Positions 7,553 to 20,350 are shown, counted from the first letter of the stretch. The stretch: DNA of 29,069 nt from a virus (IMGVR_UViG_2541047595_000013); one strand, 5' to 3'. Notes: a model not told the origin generated them from the letters alone. Numbers and translations are program-made.

Positions 7553-7801
7553 TCAATCAGCATTGAGAAGCAATGCATTATCTATGATGATCTGCTCCCA
7601 TTCTTCGAATGCCCGGTCGCGGACGCCCTGGGGAACACTGTTTGTTTTGAAATCGACGACTGTACGCCATTTCCCGTCCGGACGGTACATGCGCAGAGCT
7701 TTACTTCCCCCTTCCCTGCGCACCTCAACGTTATGCTTGTCAGCAAACTCTTGTAATGCTCGTAGCGTCCCATGCTTTACTGTGTAGTATCGCTTTTTCA
7801 A
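7553..7801 (-). CDS. Hypothetical 82-aa protein; by position and size corresponds to P1 lxc/bof (C1 co-repressor)
   Basis: 82-aa ORF whose start overlaps the stop of the upstream ORF in an ATGA arrangement, downstream of darB. Assigned by synteny and size only. Confidence 0.45.
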   Translation of the reverse strand: MKKRYYTVKHGTLRALQEFADKHNVEVRREGGSKALRMYRPDGKWRTVVDFKTNSVPQGVRDRAFEEWEQIIIDNALLLNAD

Positions 7802-8238
7802 GTTTTCTCTCCAGCCTGTGCCAAGGCTTCAACTTCCAAATCGTAAGACTCAAACTCATAGTCCTGGTCGTCAACTTCTTCAGGCACTGGCAGTAAATGC
7901 CAGGCTGAGTATATCTGACCATTATCAAAACGCTCCTGGCTGTAGAGCGTCGCGGCTATGAGTGTTAGCGCCGGGCGGTCATAACGGTAAATTTTGCGAA
8001 CGTCACGGTCAACGAGACGACCGAAATTACCATAACCGCGCTCCAGTAATAATTTTTTAATTTCCGGCCAGTATGGACCATAGCTGCGGTACAGGCGGGG
8101 ATTTTTCAGTAATCGCCCGCGTAGCCCTGACAGGAAGAAATCAACGTATTCGTCTTCTGTCTTTCCTAACAACGCTGTACGGAGTACCGCCTCAAGATAT
8201 GTTTTATTCGGTTTTATTGTATCAGATAGTGTGGCCAT
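7798..8238 (-). CDS. Hypothetical 146-aa protein; by position corresponds to P1 ulx
   Basis: ORF between darB and the lxc-position gene on the same strand, translationally coupled to the downstream ORF. Confidence 0.45.
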   Translation of the reverse strand: MATLSDTIKPNKTYLEAVLRTALLGKTEDEYVDFFLSGLRGRLLKNPRLYRSYGPYWPEIKKLLLERGYGNFGRLVDRDVRKIYRYDRPALTLIAATLYSQERFDNGQIYSAWHLLPVPEEVDDQDYEFESYDLEVEALAQAGEKT

Positions 8239-8271
8239 ATTATGCGACGCCCGGCGAACCGGGCGCTCCTG

Positions 8272-10908
8272 TTATGCGTATTGTTGGATGACGGCCAGAA
8301 CGTCCGCCACGTTGTGTTTTGTCTCGATAATCCACCAGTTACCTGGGAAGTCGCTGTTCTTCGCCTTCGCTGGCAACCAGCGAGCGCCGAATTTCGCCTT
8401 GATTGCGTCTTTCGCACGGAAAAGAACCCCTTTCATGCCGGAGGCTTCCTGAAGCCCAAATACCTCGCCAGCGGCGAATTTTGGTGCGTACATCATCTTC
8501 AGGTCGGCGGTGGATACGCGATAATTCAGACCAAGAGACTGAGCTATGCTGGTGGCATCACCCTGTATTGATGATAACTCTTCTTGTTTCTCGTTTCTGG
8601 CAGCAATTTCTTCCTCCGTGATGTTGCCAAGGGCCAGGTTTATCCGATCAGCGTCTGCCTGTTTCTCTTCATCGGTGCGCCCGGCAAGTACCGTGTTAAT
8701 TCTGTGCAATATCTCCACATGATTCTTGCGCATGCTGAGCAATTCCGGCGTAACCTCGTTAAGGTCCACCAGCCCAAGGATGGCAAGGTCGGTAAACATT
8801 GATACCAGGTTGTAGGTCATGCGATAGCTGAGTTGCCCATAGGCTGATGGCAACTGCACCGCATCCATTTTATAGGCATCCATAAATTTAGAGCCGTCGT
8901 TTACGACATCCGCAATTGCCGGTGTGATTTTCCCTGTGGTGGCGGCCTCCCTGATTGCTGTTACCCACGATTGAGTCAGCGCGGCGACTGCATGATTCAG
9001 ATTGGCTTTCCGTTCTGCTGCAATGCGCGCGCTTGCTGCGTCCATTGTCTGCTTGATCTCGTCTTTATTGCTGTAAATGCCAATGGTGCCAAACTGTGCT
9101 GTGGTGATCTCATAATCTGACGCCCGGAACTCATTGGTACCGAAAATGGCATTGGTGACTTCAAGTTCAGAATCCCCGTTACGAGTAGCCCCCTGGCTTG
9201 TTTTTTCCGGCATTCTGGCGATCGCATCCGCTATTTTCTCCTGAATTGCTTCAGGGGATAGCGTATCTCCGTATGACGCGATTACATCGCCATAATTGGA
9301 GCCAAACAGTTCAACCAGGAATGTTTCTGCCGAACGGATCTGGCGGTTATTCCCTTCCGACATCATACCAAGCACCCATTTTGCAATTGACGACTTCAGC
9401 GCGCTGTCACGGCGATCCGGGTAAACCGCATGCTTCAGTGGGTCCGTATAGGTACCAACAAAATCAATGCTATAGCCTGACTCTGTAGTCTGAACGCCGT
9501 ACGAGTCAGTTATTTTGATCATGCCGCGCTGCTGGAAACGGTAGAAATCGTCACAGGAAATGATGTCGTTAATCCCGGCGATGGAGACGCCACCACTGAT
9601 TTTCTGCATAACAGCATCTTCATCGGGAGTTACATCCACCTGTTTATCCAGCGTCTTCACATCCCAGTTACCCGATTTGGTGCCTTTGAAGGTAAAGATG
9701 ATCTCCACGTCTGCGCGCTGGCTGTCGAAGTCCAGCGACTTAATGCGAACGATATCACCGGCATAATCGTAGTATTGGCCTACACGCCATGAGCGATCGC
9801 CGATAACAAGGAACTCACTCGCATGGTTTACCAGGTCAGGATCAACATCCAGAATGCCTTTATTTAATGCATCCTCCACCAGCGGGCGCAGGCGTTTGAT
9901 ATCCGTCGCGGCCTTCTGAGTACGGTTCAATAATTTCTCATAGCGGGAGATGGCTTGAGAGATATTAGCCTTGCGCTGAATGGCGCTTTTCAACGACGCG
10001 CGATACTGTGCTAACAACATACGGTCTGTGTGATGGACACTCCCCCAGCGTGCCTTCCAGTCTGCGTTATCCGCTGCCTTGGCCATTGCCGCCTGTTTGA
10101 ATTTAGCTACCTCGGCGGTGGTCTTTTCAAGTTCCGCTTTGCTTCGCTCCAATTCAGCGGTAAGTACCTCCACATCCTCACCAGCTGCGTGCTGCGCCTT
10201 GATGTAGTTCTGAAGGTCGATAGTAGCCTGTTCTTTCTGGCGAGCGCGTTTCGCAGCTTTCGCCTTATCCATTTGAACCTGCATCATTGCCAGACGTTCG
10301 CCGTCATCCTTCGCGGTATACATCTGCATTTCGATCATATCGTTGGCGTCGGCGTTCTCCATTTCTGACTTATCTGAACGGAGGATATCGGAGATCCAGC
10401 CTGCTTTACGCTTCAGCGTCTTCAGTCGGTATTCATCGAAAGACCCCTTGCCGCAGTAGTAGTGAACGCGAACGCTTGCACGGTTGGAGCCAACTCGGGC
10501 ACCGCGACCGTTTCGTTGCGCAATACTGGCTGGAGTCCATGGCAACGTCAGATGATGGATGTCAGTCGTTCCTCGATGCAGGTTGATACCCACCTCTGCC
10601 TTTTTGTTGCAGATGATGATCGGAGTCCGGCCCTCCTGGAAGTCGGCTGCAATCTTTTCCAGACCGCCCAACGACATTTCATTTTGCTGCGCGATATAGG
10701 CGTCATACAGAGCCATTTGCTCGTTGTATTTCGCTATCTGTGCATCTGTTGGTTCATCCGGTAACTCTTTCGGCGGTTTAACCGCTTTCAGTTTCTTACC
10801 GGTTTTACCTGCCTCGGCAACCGTCTGAGCATTCAGTATCCCCACCTTTGAAGGTTCAAGGTTAAGAGCATTGCAGATAATGCGCTTGAGCTTCTGGTGC
10901 TGCGTTTT
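8272..10908 (-). CDS. darB: DarB C-terminal portion (helicase C-terminal region), separated from the N-terminal portion by a frameshift
   Basis: Contains helicase motif VI-like TLPWTPASIAQRNGRGARVG. The frame is open upstream of the first ATG to the frameshift point at about 10905-10909; the two portions together give about 2,256 codons, matching the remembered size of P1 DarB (2,255 aa). Confidence 0.8.
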   Translation of the reverse strand, partial: KTQHQKLKRIICNALNLEPSKVGILNAQTVAEAGKTGKKLKAVKPPKELPDEPTDAQIAKYNEQMALYDAYIAQQNEMSLGGLEKIAADFQEGRTPIIICNKKAEVGINLHRGTTDIHHLTLPWTPASIAQRNGRGARVGSNRASVRVHYYCGKGSFDEYRLKTLKRKAGWISDILRSDKSEMENADANDMIEMQMYTAKDDGERLAMMQVQMDKAKAAKRARQKEQATIDLQNYIKAQHAAGEDVEVLTAELERSKAELEKTTAEVAKFKQAAMAKAADNADWKARWGSVHHTDRMLLAQYRASLKSAIQRKANISQAISRYEKLLNRTQKAATDIKRLRPLVEDALNKGILDVDPDLVNHASEFLVIGDRSWRVGQYYDYAGDIVRIKSLDFDSQRADVEIIFTFKGTKSGNWDVKTLDKQVDVTPDEDAVMQKISGGVSIAGINDIISCDDFYRFQQRGMIKITDSYGVQTTESGYSIDFVGTYTDPLKHAVYPDRRDSALKSSIAKWVLGMMSEGNNRQIRSAETFLVELFGSNYGDVIASYGDTLSPEAIQEKIADAIARMPEKTSQGATRNGDSELEVTNAIFGTNEFRASDYEITTAQFGTIGIYSNKDEIKQTMDAASARIAAERKANLNHAVAALTQSWVTAIREAATTGKITPAIADVVNDGSKFMDAYKMDAVQLPSAYGQLSYRMTYNLVSMFTDLAILGLVDLNEVTPELLSMRKNHVEILHRINTVLAGRTDEEKQADADRINLALGNITEEEIAARNEKQEELSSIQGDATSIAQSLGLNYRVSTADLKMMYAPKFAAGEVFGLQEASGMKGVLFRAKDAIKAKFGARWLPAKAKNSDFPGNWWIIETKHNVADVLAVIQQYA

Positions 10909-13900
10909 TCATCGGTGAAGATGATTTGCTTACCTTCCGGGAAAAACTCCTTCAGCGTGGCAATCAGCTTCGCGTATTTGGGCGTAACGGGGTGAGTTAC
11001 GGTCTGTTCGTCAATGCCAAACCTGGCCAGGCGCTTATTCACTTCCTGCTCGAACGCTTCCGGAACCTGCAACTGAATAAACTCGCCCTTATCTATCAGG
11101 GAGTATTGCGATTGCTGCGTGATTGAATCATCACTGTCGTCGTCTTCGCTGGTGGCTTGTTTAGGCAAACTGTCCGCCAGCTGCTGCACCGCATCGGCGT
11201 ACTCCGGCAGGAAACGATAGGTGATCCGGCGATAGTACAGGTCCATGTCAGTACATACGCGGTCCATATCCCTGATTATTGAGAAGATCGGACGGGCTTT
11301 CTCGTGCTCAATCACGCCGTCTTCATTGACCGAGGTCGTTACGCCATTGTTGGCTTTGGCCGCCGCTTCCGCCTGCTGACGCAATTCTTCATACGCCGCC
11401 AGTTGTTCTTCAGTAAGTGGTGCATCCTGCTGGTGTTCGTCCAGCTCCGGGATCTCCACGGTATCCTTAACGTCTTCCGCCGTTTTAAGCGTTACCCAGC
11501 GATGGAATATACCGCGCAGCGCATCAAGGTTTTCAAAGCCCACCAGCGCCATTTTTTCTTCAACTTCACCGCTAATTTTCTGTACCGTTTCCAGCCTGGT
11601 CTTGCCGAAGAATTTAACGAAGTCATCAGGACCGTAGATCCCCATGTTCTGCCAGTATTCCTTCGGCAGAACATGAGAAAGCATGTTGTATGCATCGATC
11701 GGGGTGTTAACGACTGGCGTTGCAGTCAGGAGAACCGGCCCGCGCCCACCATTCTTTTTCATCAGGTACGCGTTTTTAATTGCCATATCTCGCGCCGATT
11801 GCGCCACCGCGCTGGTGGGCAGATAGGCCAGTTGTGACGCTTCGCGACCATTTTTATAGCTATTGCGGTAGTTGTGACCTTCGTCAGCGATCACACTATC
11901 GAAGCCCATATCCTCAAAGTACGGATACTTCTCTGCTTTTTCGGTGCCGGTATCTGAATACTCCGACAATACCCGGCGACGCGCGGCCTCTTTGCGGTGG
12001 GAGTCGGAGTCCATTGCGCTGGCTACGCGTCCGGCGGCAACGAAGTCATAAAGCATATCCTGTGCATGCTCATCTACGGTGTCATCACGTAGCGGAATGC
12101 GGGCGTATTGTTCTTTGGTAAACACGACTGCACGGTAATTTGAGTGCGGGATCGCGTTCATCCGCGCCGTGATAGTGGCTTCATCTGCCAGCTTAAGAGC
12201 ATCGCGCATAACTGGAGTGCCATCAGTACCAAGAACAGGTTTACCGTTCTCATCGAGCACCTGCACCTGGCGAATCTGATCGCCATCCATCAGCACATCA
12301 AGACCGACGAACAGGTAGTTACTGAATGCCTCTTCACTCAGGAATTCTTTTGCTTCGTAATACCAGTTTTCCAGCACTGATTTAGGCACTACATACGCAG
12401 TACGGGTGGAGCGACCGTTCTCATAGTTGAACGCCTCAAGCGCCAGCGCGGTCGTGGTTTTACCCAGCCCGGTGCCGAAGCCCAGGATGCCGCGCCCATC
12501 TTCGGACAGTCGGCGCACCTCGCTATTCTGGTAATCAAATGGCTGGCGCTTACCGCTTAATCCCTTCAACCCAAGCGGATCGCCAGAGTGTTCATACGGG
12601 ATATTGCTATTGAACACATCGTTGTATTTGGCAACCAGCTCATCGTAGCGATCGTGCGTCTTGATCCACTTATTGAACTGGTCCTCAAGCAGTGCCATCT
12701 GCTCGCGGTAGCCGTTCGCCGTCGCGCTATCTTTGCCACCGATACGCGCACCATTGAGATACTTTTCCAGCTGTGCCGGGAACCCGGTCGCGTTTTCACC
12801 TGATTTACGGTCCCACTCGTAGCGAATCTCACCTGTTTCTTTATCCTTGCGCTGGACGACACCGTATCGGTGCCCGACGAACAGACCATCACCACCGTGA
12901 TAGGTGTCAGAAACCATTTCGTCGCCTTCCAGCTGCACTGACTGCACATAGCGCAGATCCGGATAGCCGTTTTCCTGCAAAAATTCCAGAATGACGGAAC
13001 GGTCGAACCAACGGCTATTGAGCTTAAACCGGATATTCTCTGCTGGCGTCTTGATGCGCTTCTCTTCGATAGCTGCCAGCTGATTAAGGACGTTGTTCTT
13101 TACTGGACCGTCGGGGAGTGTGGCAAGGAATTCCTGTTTTGGTGCCACTATCTCGTTAATGTCGCCGCTGGTGGCGCGGGCGAACGGAAAAATCCCGCCA
13201 TACGGTGAAACCGCAATGCCAGGGGTGCTGGCCAATAAATTAAGCAACTCGTCATCACTGGCTGGCAGTTCGCCGGTAAACGCAAGGCGGAAATCATCGA
13301 GCTGGATTGGATCGCGAGTGAGATCACTGTAGAGATAACGCAGGGTGTCCTGATAGCTGGTGGAGTCATAACTGGCGCTGGAATCATGCGTAACCAGTTT
13401 TCCTGTCAGCTCGTCAGAAATAGTGCCATCCAGCTTAATTGCACCACGGAAAGCAAACCAGGCGCGCGCACCGCTCCCCGATAATTTCGCTATCGGACCG
13501 CGACCGGGGTTACCAAAACGGTCAATCTCTGCCTGCAAACGGGATACCAGAGAAAGGCGCTGCTGTTCGATTTGTTCAGCACTATGCCCGGCGGCCTTCA
13601 TGTCCTGATATTCAATTAACATCCGGCCAATCATCGCCCCGCGATACAAGCGTTCACGGTATTTTTCAGGCTGGCTGTTAATCCAGTCCACCAGCTGCAC
13701 CATATCGTCGCTGATTGATGTGGTGTATTTATCGCGGACATTTGCCATCTGGGTAAATGTCATACCGAGACGGCCTTCTGTTGTAGTCAGGTTACGCTGA
13801 AGAGCCTCCCAGCTGTCCGCGCCATAACTGGCAACATCAATCTTCAGCTCCTTCCCTGCATCAGATTCAATCCAGCGACCACCAGCATATTTTTGCCATA

Positions 13901-15038
13901 CGCCATTAATCAGGCGCATTTCCCCTTCATCAACAACGTCTGCGGTCGGTGACGGTTCAGCCATATTGAGCAAAGACCAGTCGATACGACTTTCGAAACG
14001 ATGAATCAGCTTCGCTTTAAGAGCCTGGTTATCAATCTGCCCGTCGGCACGAACCTCAATACGCCCCTGGAATCCCTTCTCCTGGGTGCCATGAACAAAC
14101 CGGCGACCGTCCTTTTCAAACCACTTGCCAGAAATAAACGTTGGCCAAAGCACATTTGCCGATTCGAGAGTGCTTTCATCCACCAGGGGGATTTTCTCAG
14201 CCATCTCTGCCGGATGTTTGCGCATCAGCACCACATCTACGACCGTACTGGTCCCGTTAGCGTCAAAAGTACCGGTAGGCAAGCGGTGGGCACCAAGAAA
14301 TTCAGCTTTCCGTGATAGGCGCAGGCGTAACCGCTTCATGTTTGAACCTGAAACAATGGACGGCGGCACAATCACGCACATGAATCCGCCTGGCTTTATC
14401 TTGTCCAGCATGCGGAGCATGAAGTAAGAACCCATGTCCGTTTCTTCTGCGTAAGGCTTATCGATGTTGCGTGTGTTATCACGACCACCGAACGGAACGT
14501 TACCCACAACATGGTCGAATGAATCGTTAGGCGTGCTTACAGCCAGTTGTTCGAACGGAGAAATCTGTACGCTGTCTTCCGGGTGCAACAGCTGGTTTAT
14601 ACGACCGGAAACACTGCTGATCTCAGTCGCGGTCATCACCGTACCAACCGGTTTTGTCTCATTAAAAACGCCGGTTCCCGCCGATGGTTCCAGAGTGTTA
14701 CCTACGTCCGCGCCGTAGAGCTTCATGATCTCCCAGACACCTTCAGCGATCGGCTTTGGTGTGTAATATTCGGAGACGGACCCGCCAATGCCGCCTTCGC
14801 CGGTGTACCCAGCCAGGATCTGGCGCTGTTCATCTGTCAGTGTCGCGCCGTCCACCAGCGAATTAAGCAAATCTATCGCCTTCTGATTCGCCTCCCGGCG
14901 TAGTCGGTCATAGCTTTTGCCTTCCACCTTTTCCACGCCGTATCTAATCGGCGCTCGGTGAGATGTTATTGCCCTAATGTATTTCAATATTTCGCTGACA
15001 CTTGAACAGCGAAACACCCCCATAGATAGCTTGTTCAT
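10833..15038 (-). CDS. darB: DarB N-terminal portion (N6-adenine methyltransferase-like domain plus helicase N-terminal motifs)
   Basis: SAM-binding-like LEPSAGTGVF and motif-IV-like GNVPFGG; helicase motif I GFGTGLGKTTTALAL and motif II DEGHNY. The last 23 codons (RSTRSSSALSAMLLTLNLQRWGY*) are out-of-frame read-through after a 1-bp loss in an A5 run. Confidence 0.8.
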   Translation of the reverse strand: MNKLSMGVFRCSSVSEILKYIRAITSHRAPIRYGVEKVEGKSYDRLRREANQKAIDLLNSLVDGATLTDEQRQILAGYTGEGGIGGSVSEYYTPKPIAEGVWEIMKLYGADVGNTLEPSAGTGVFNETKPVGTVMTATEISSVSGRINQLLHPEDSVQISPFEQLAVSTPNDSFDHVVGNVPFGGRDNTRNIDKPYAEETDMGSYFMLRMLDKIKPGGFMCVIVPPSIVSGSNMKRLRLRLSRKAEFLGAHRLPTGTFDANGTSTVVDVVLMRKHPAEMAEKIPLVDESTLESANVLWPTFISGKWFEKDGRRFVHGTQEKGFQGRIEVRADGQIDNQALKAKLIHRFESRIDWSLLNMAEPSPTADVVDEGEMRLINGVWQKYAGGRWIESDAGKELKIDVASYGADSWEALQRNLTTTEGRLGMTFTQMANVRDKYTTSISDDMVQLVDWINSQPEKYRERLYRGAMIGRMLIEYQDMKAAGHSAEQIEQQRLSLVSRLQAEIDRFGNPGRGPIAKLSGSGARAWFAFRGAIKLDGTISDELTGKLVTHDSSASYDSTSYQDTLRYLYSDLTRDPIQLDDFRLAFTGELPASDDELLNLLASTPGIAVSPYGGIFPFARATSGDINEIVAPKQEFLATLPDGPVKNNVLNQLAAIEEKRIKTPAENIRFKLNSRWFDRSVILEFLQENGYPDLRYVQSVQLEGDEMVSDTYHGGDGLFVGHRYGVVQRKDKETGEIRYEWDRKSGENATGFPAQLEKYLNGARIGGKDSATANGYREQMALLEDQFNKWIKTHDRYDELVAKYNDVFNSNIPYEHSGDPLGLKGLSGKRQPFDYQNSEVRRLSEDGRGILGFGTGLGKTTTALALEAFNYENGRSTRTAYVVPKSVLENWYYEAKEFLSEEAFSNYLFVGLDVLMDGDQIRQVQVLDENGKPVLGTDGTPVMRDALKLADEATITARMNAIPHSNYRAVVFTKEQYARIPLRDDTVDEHAQDMLYDFVAAGRVASAMDSDSHRKEAARRRVLSEYSDTGTEKAEKYPYFEDMGFDSVIADEGHNYRNSYKNGREASQLAYLPTSAVAQSARDMAIKNAYLMKKNGGRGPVLLTATPVVNTPIDAYNMLSHVLPKEYWQNMGIYGPDDFVKFFGKTRLETVQKISGEVEEKMALVGFENLDALRGIFHRWVTLKTAEDVKDTVEIPELDEHQQDAPLTEEQLAAYEELRQQAEAAAKANNGVTTSVNEDGVIEHEKARPIFSIIRDMDRVCTDMDLYYRRITYRFLPEYADAVQQLADSLPKQATSEDDDSDDSITQQSQYSLIDKGEFIQLQVPEAFEQEVNKRLARFGIDEQTVTHPVTPKYAKLIATLKEFFPEGKQIIFTDEKRSTRSSSALSAMLLTLNLQRWGY

Positions 15039-15047
15039 TGGTAATCC

Positions 15048-15070
15048 TTAACAAGTGACTAGTGTTAAAT
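15048..15070 (+). promoter_or_regulatory. Dyad-containing motif TTAACAAGTGACTAGTGTTAAAT in the darB/prt divergent region; candidate late-promoter element
   Basis: Core TAACAAGTGA recurs upstream of lyz (18778-18787, minus orientation), each followed by a -10-like hexamer (TTAAAT / CATTAT). Confidence 0.35.
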
Positions 15071-15104
15071 TCCGTTCAAACACGATGCGAATTATTCTAA
15101 TTAA

Positions 15105-17835
<2,731 letters not shown>

Positions 17836-17848
17836 CCACCAAAAATAA

Positions 17849-17874
17849 CCCCGGCAGCTGCCGGGGTTCTCGTT
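17849..17874. terminator. Bidirectional intrinsic terminator (palindrome CCCCGGCAGCTGCCGGGG flanked by A-run upstream and T-rich downstream)
   Basis: 18-bp perfect palindrome directly after the pro stop, between convergent transcription units. Confidence 0.55.
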
Positions 17875-17879
17875 AACTA

Positions 17880-18092
17880 TTATCGCCTTCGTGCCATATA
17901 TTTGCGCACCGCGCGGCGTGGACAATCTGAAGCGGTTTCTTTCTGCTGCATCAATCTCGCAGCCATGCTCAAAAATGTCAGGCACAGCCGAAGCCCGGCA
18001 TACAATAGCGGTTCCAGTGGCCACGTCTCATTGAGCACATATACCGCCATGAAAATCGAGTCAAAAACTATCGCCGCCAGCGATAACTTCAT
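17880..18092 (-). CDS. Hypothetical small membrane protein (about 70-84 aa, two predicted hydrophobic segments) downstream of lyz
   Basis: ORF 17880-18134; start at the internal ATG (18092) avoids overlap with lyz; hydrophobic stretches LSLAAIVFDSIFMAVYVL and LLYAGLRLCLTFLSMAA. Confidence 0.25.
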   Translation of the reverse strand: MKLSLAAIVFDSIFMAVYVLNETWPLEPLLYAGLRLCLTFLSMAARLMQQKETASDCPRRAVRKYMARRR

Positions 18093-18120
18093 TGTCGAAA
18101 GTCGGCGGAGCTGCCGGAGT

Positions 18121-18678
18121 TTATTCATTGACAAGCCCCGTCAGGCAAAGCTGGCGTTCTTTTTCACGGCGAATCTTTAAACCTCGCAGGGGCACGCCGT
18201 TACTGTTCACGAAATCAGGGAGATGGTTACACATATTCACCCATTCCCCTTTCTGCGCCCACTTGTGGATGGACGTTTCTACTCGCATGCCTCGCGCTTT
18301 GCTGTAGTAGGTCCGTAAGCTATTGCATCCCATATTGAATGCCGCGCTTGTCATTGCACTGAAGGCATTATCGGGCATGTCTTTGCCCCGGAAGTGCTGA
18401 TTAATACAGCGTTCAGCGATCAGGATATTCTTTTCCCAATCAGCGGCGATTTGCTGGTCGGTTTTTCGCACGCCTGGCGTTACCCCGTGTGTATTACCAA
18501 TCCCGTCAGTCCATACACCCGCCGGGCACATGTATGGGTCACGTCGGCAACCTTCAGCGTTTCCGATAAGCTCAAGCCCCGCCTGGTTGGTTCGCACATT
18601 GCCATTACCCATCACGATGGTAATCATCACCGCGATAGCGCAAATTGCACCGCCTCCTGCGGCTGTTTTTCCCTTCAT
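18121..18678 (-). CDS. lyz: SAR endolysin, T4-lysozyme-like (P1 Lyz, gp17)
   Basis: 186-aa protein from MKGKTAAGGGAICAIAVMITIVMG (N-terminal signal-anchor-release segment) with a lysozyme catalytic region (ELIGNAEGCRRDPY…GVWTDGIGNT); recognised as P1 Lyz. Confidence 0.9.
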   Translation of the reverse strand: MKGKTAAGGGAICAIAVMITIVMGNGNVRTNQAGLELIGNAEGCRRDPYMCPAGVWTDGIGNTHGVTPGVRKTDQQIAADWEKNILIAERCINQHFRGKDMPDNAFSAMTSAAFNMGCNSLRTYYSKARGMRVETSIHKWAQKGEWVNMCNHLPDFVNSNGVPLRGLKIRREKERQLCLTGLVNE

Positions 18679-18810
18679 AAAGACCTCATAAGCGAATTTT
18701 TTACGCTCCAGGACAACACCCATTCACAGCCAATACCGACTGACTCGATCCCTTTAGAAGGCACAGGATAATGCAAATCACTTGTTAGCTACGTTTCAAA
18801 GATATACATT

Positions 18811-18827
18811 ATTGCTCTAATTAATTT
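18811..18827 (+). promoter_or_regulatory. C1 operator upstream of ssb
   Basis: ATTGCTCTAATTAATTT, 15/17 match to the C1 operator consensus, 20 nt before the ssb start. Confidence 0.65.
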
Positions 18828-18846
18828 ATTTTATTAGGTAAGATAA

Positions 18847-19335
18847 GTGGCACAACGCGGTGTAAACAAAGTCATCCTGATTGGTACCCTGGGGCAAGAC
18901 CCGGAGATCAGGTATATACCAAATGGCGGAGCGGTCGGAAGACTCAGCATCGCAACGAATGAATCATGGCGCGACAAGCAAACGGGCCAACAGAAAGAGC
19001 AAACAGAATGGCATAAAGTCGTTTTGTTCGGAAAACTTGCTGAAATTGCGAGTGAGTATTTACGAAAAGGTTCTCAGGTCTACATCGAAGGGAAACTTAA
19101 AACCCGTAAGTGGACAGATGACGCCGGTGTAGAACGTTACACGACGGAAATTATCGTCAGCCAGGGCGGCACCATGCAAATGATCGGCGCTCGCCGTGAC
19201 GATTCACAGTCCTCAAATGGCTGGGGGCAATCAAACCAACCTCAAAACCACCAGCAATACAGTGGTGGCGGTAAACCTCAGAGCAACGCCAATAACGAAC
19301 CTCCAATGGACTTTGACGACGATATTCCGTTTTGA
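18847..19335 (+). CDS. ssb: Single-stranded DNA-binding protein
   Basis: Typical SSB OB-fold N-terminus ([19 protein letters not shown]…), Gly/Gln-rich linker and acidic C-terminal tail (MDFDDDIPF); GTG start. Confidence 0.92.
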   Translation: MAQRGVNKVILIGTLGQDPEIRYIPNGGAVGRLSIATNESWRDKQTGQQKEQTEWHKVVLFGKLAEIASEYLRKGSQVYIEGKLKTRKWTDDAGVERYTTEIIVSQGGTMQMIGARRDDSQSSNGWGQSNQPQNHQQYSGGGKPQSNANNEPPMDFDDDIPF

Positions 19336-19532
19336 ATGTGTAAAAAACGACTGAAAGAAAAGCGGTGGTCCAGACGCCAACAAAAGCACGAACTCGCTAA
19401 AAAACGCCAAAGTTGGCAATGGCACGCGTTTTTAACGAACAGAACACCACGAGATATTGCTTTCGCTGGTGGGAAAACATTCCTAACCCACCTGAAGACG
19501 CAATACATCAGTTTTTAAGCAGAGAAAAGACT

Positions 19533-20321
19533 ATGACAGCACAAAAAACTAAAACCATTCAATACCGCCTACGTAATGGCCAGAGTGTCGAAGTGACCAT
19601 CAATAATGATGGAGTACCTGGCGAAAAAGTTTCTATCTCTGATCTGGCTATCGAAAAAACCATCATGTGCCACCTTGGCTTTACTGAAGAAGTGAGCAAA
19701 AAGCATGGTGTAGCAATCTGGAGCGCAATGGATACTGGTATGCGCAAATTCATTACTGCTCGTACCCCAGGGATGACCATGATGGACCTCATGCAGATTG
19801 CGCCGCTGTTTGAATGTGAGCCTTTAGATGTATTCAGCAATCCAGCTATCTGCCAGCAGTTATATGGTGAGATGAAACTCGCGGTTACCCCCATTGTGCT
19901 GCATGAAGGATCGCTTGCTGGCGTGTGGAAAGTAGAGCGTATTTCAAGCTACATGCCTTTCCATGTCAACGGCGTAATCACTGGTGAAAATCAACCTGTT
20001 TCCGTTATAAAGTCAGACCTCAAGCGCGCAATTCTTGAAGCAAGTTGTCGAGTTGTCGGGCTGGGCAAACAGTCTTATGTTTCCTTCCCGGCTGGCCCTG
20101 AAGGCCCGGCAGAAATTCTGATTATGGATGCCGATCTGCTCTGGCAAATACAGTTTCTGATTGGCAAAAGCATCATCCGCGCTGAAGAACTCGATCAGTA
20201 CATTACCTGCACGATGACGGATGAAGTCAAAAGTGTGGCTATAGCCAATGCCCGGAACCTATGTCGTGCTGCATTAACAGAACTGCAAGAAAACACCACG
20301 GAAGAAGTGGAAAGCGATTAA
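19533..20321 (+). CDS. Hypothetical protein (263 aa); by position corresponds to P1 isaB
   Basis: ORF downstream of ssb; ATG at 19533 has SD GAGAAAAG, preferred over the track start at 19413. Confidence 0.5.
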   Translation: MTAQKTKTIQYRLRNGQSVEVTINNDGVPGEKVSISDLAIEKTIMCHLGFTEEVSKKHGVAIWSAMDTGMRKFITARTPGMTMMDLMQIAPLFECEPLDVFSNPAICQQLYGEMKLAVTPIVLHEGSLAGVWKVERISSYMPFHVNGVITGENQPVSVIKSDLKRAILEASCRVVGLGKQSYVSFPAGPEGPAEILIMDADLLWQIQFLIGKSIIRAEELDQYITCTMTDEVKSVAIANARNLCRAALTELQENTTEEVESD

Positions 20322-20326
20322 AAAAA

Positions 20327-20350
20327 ATCCCGCCGATTGGCGGGATTTCT
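20327..20350. terminator. Bidirectional intrinsic terminator (ATCCCGCC-GATT-GGCGGGAT with A7 upstream and T-rich downstream)
   Basis: Perfect 8-bp stem between convergent ORFs 19533-20321 (+) and 20351-20659 (-). Confidence 0.6.

Noticed and set aside
11304-11837. 177-aa plus-strand ORF (and many similar ORFs at 10030-14903) inside darB
   Set aside because: Lies antisense within a long, motif-supported minus-strand coding region; Arg/Pro-rich low-complexity translation typical of spurious antisense ORFs.
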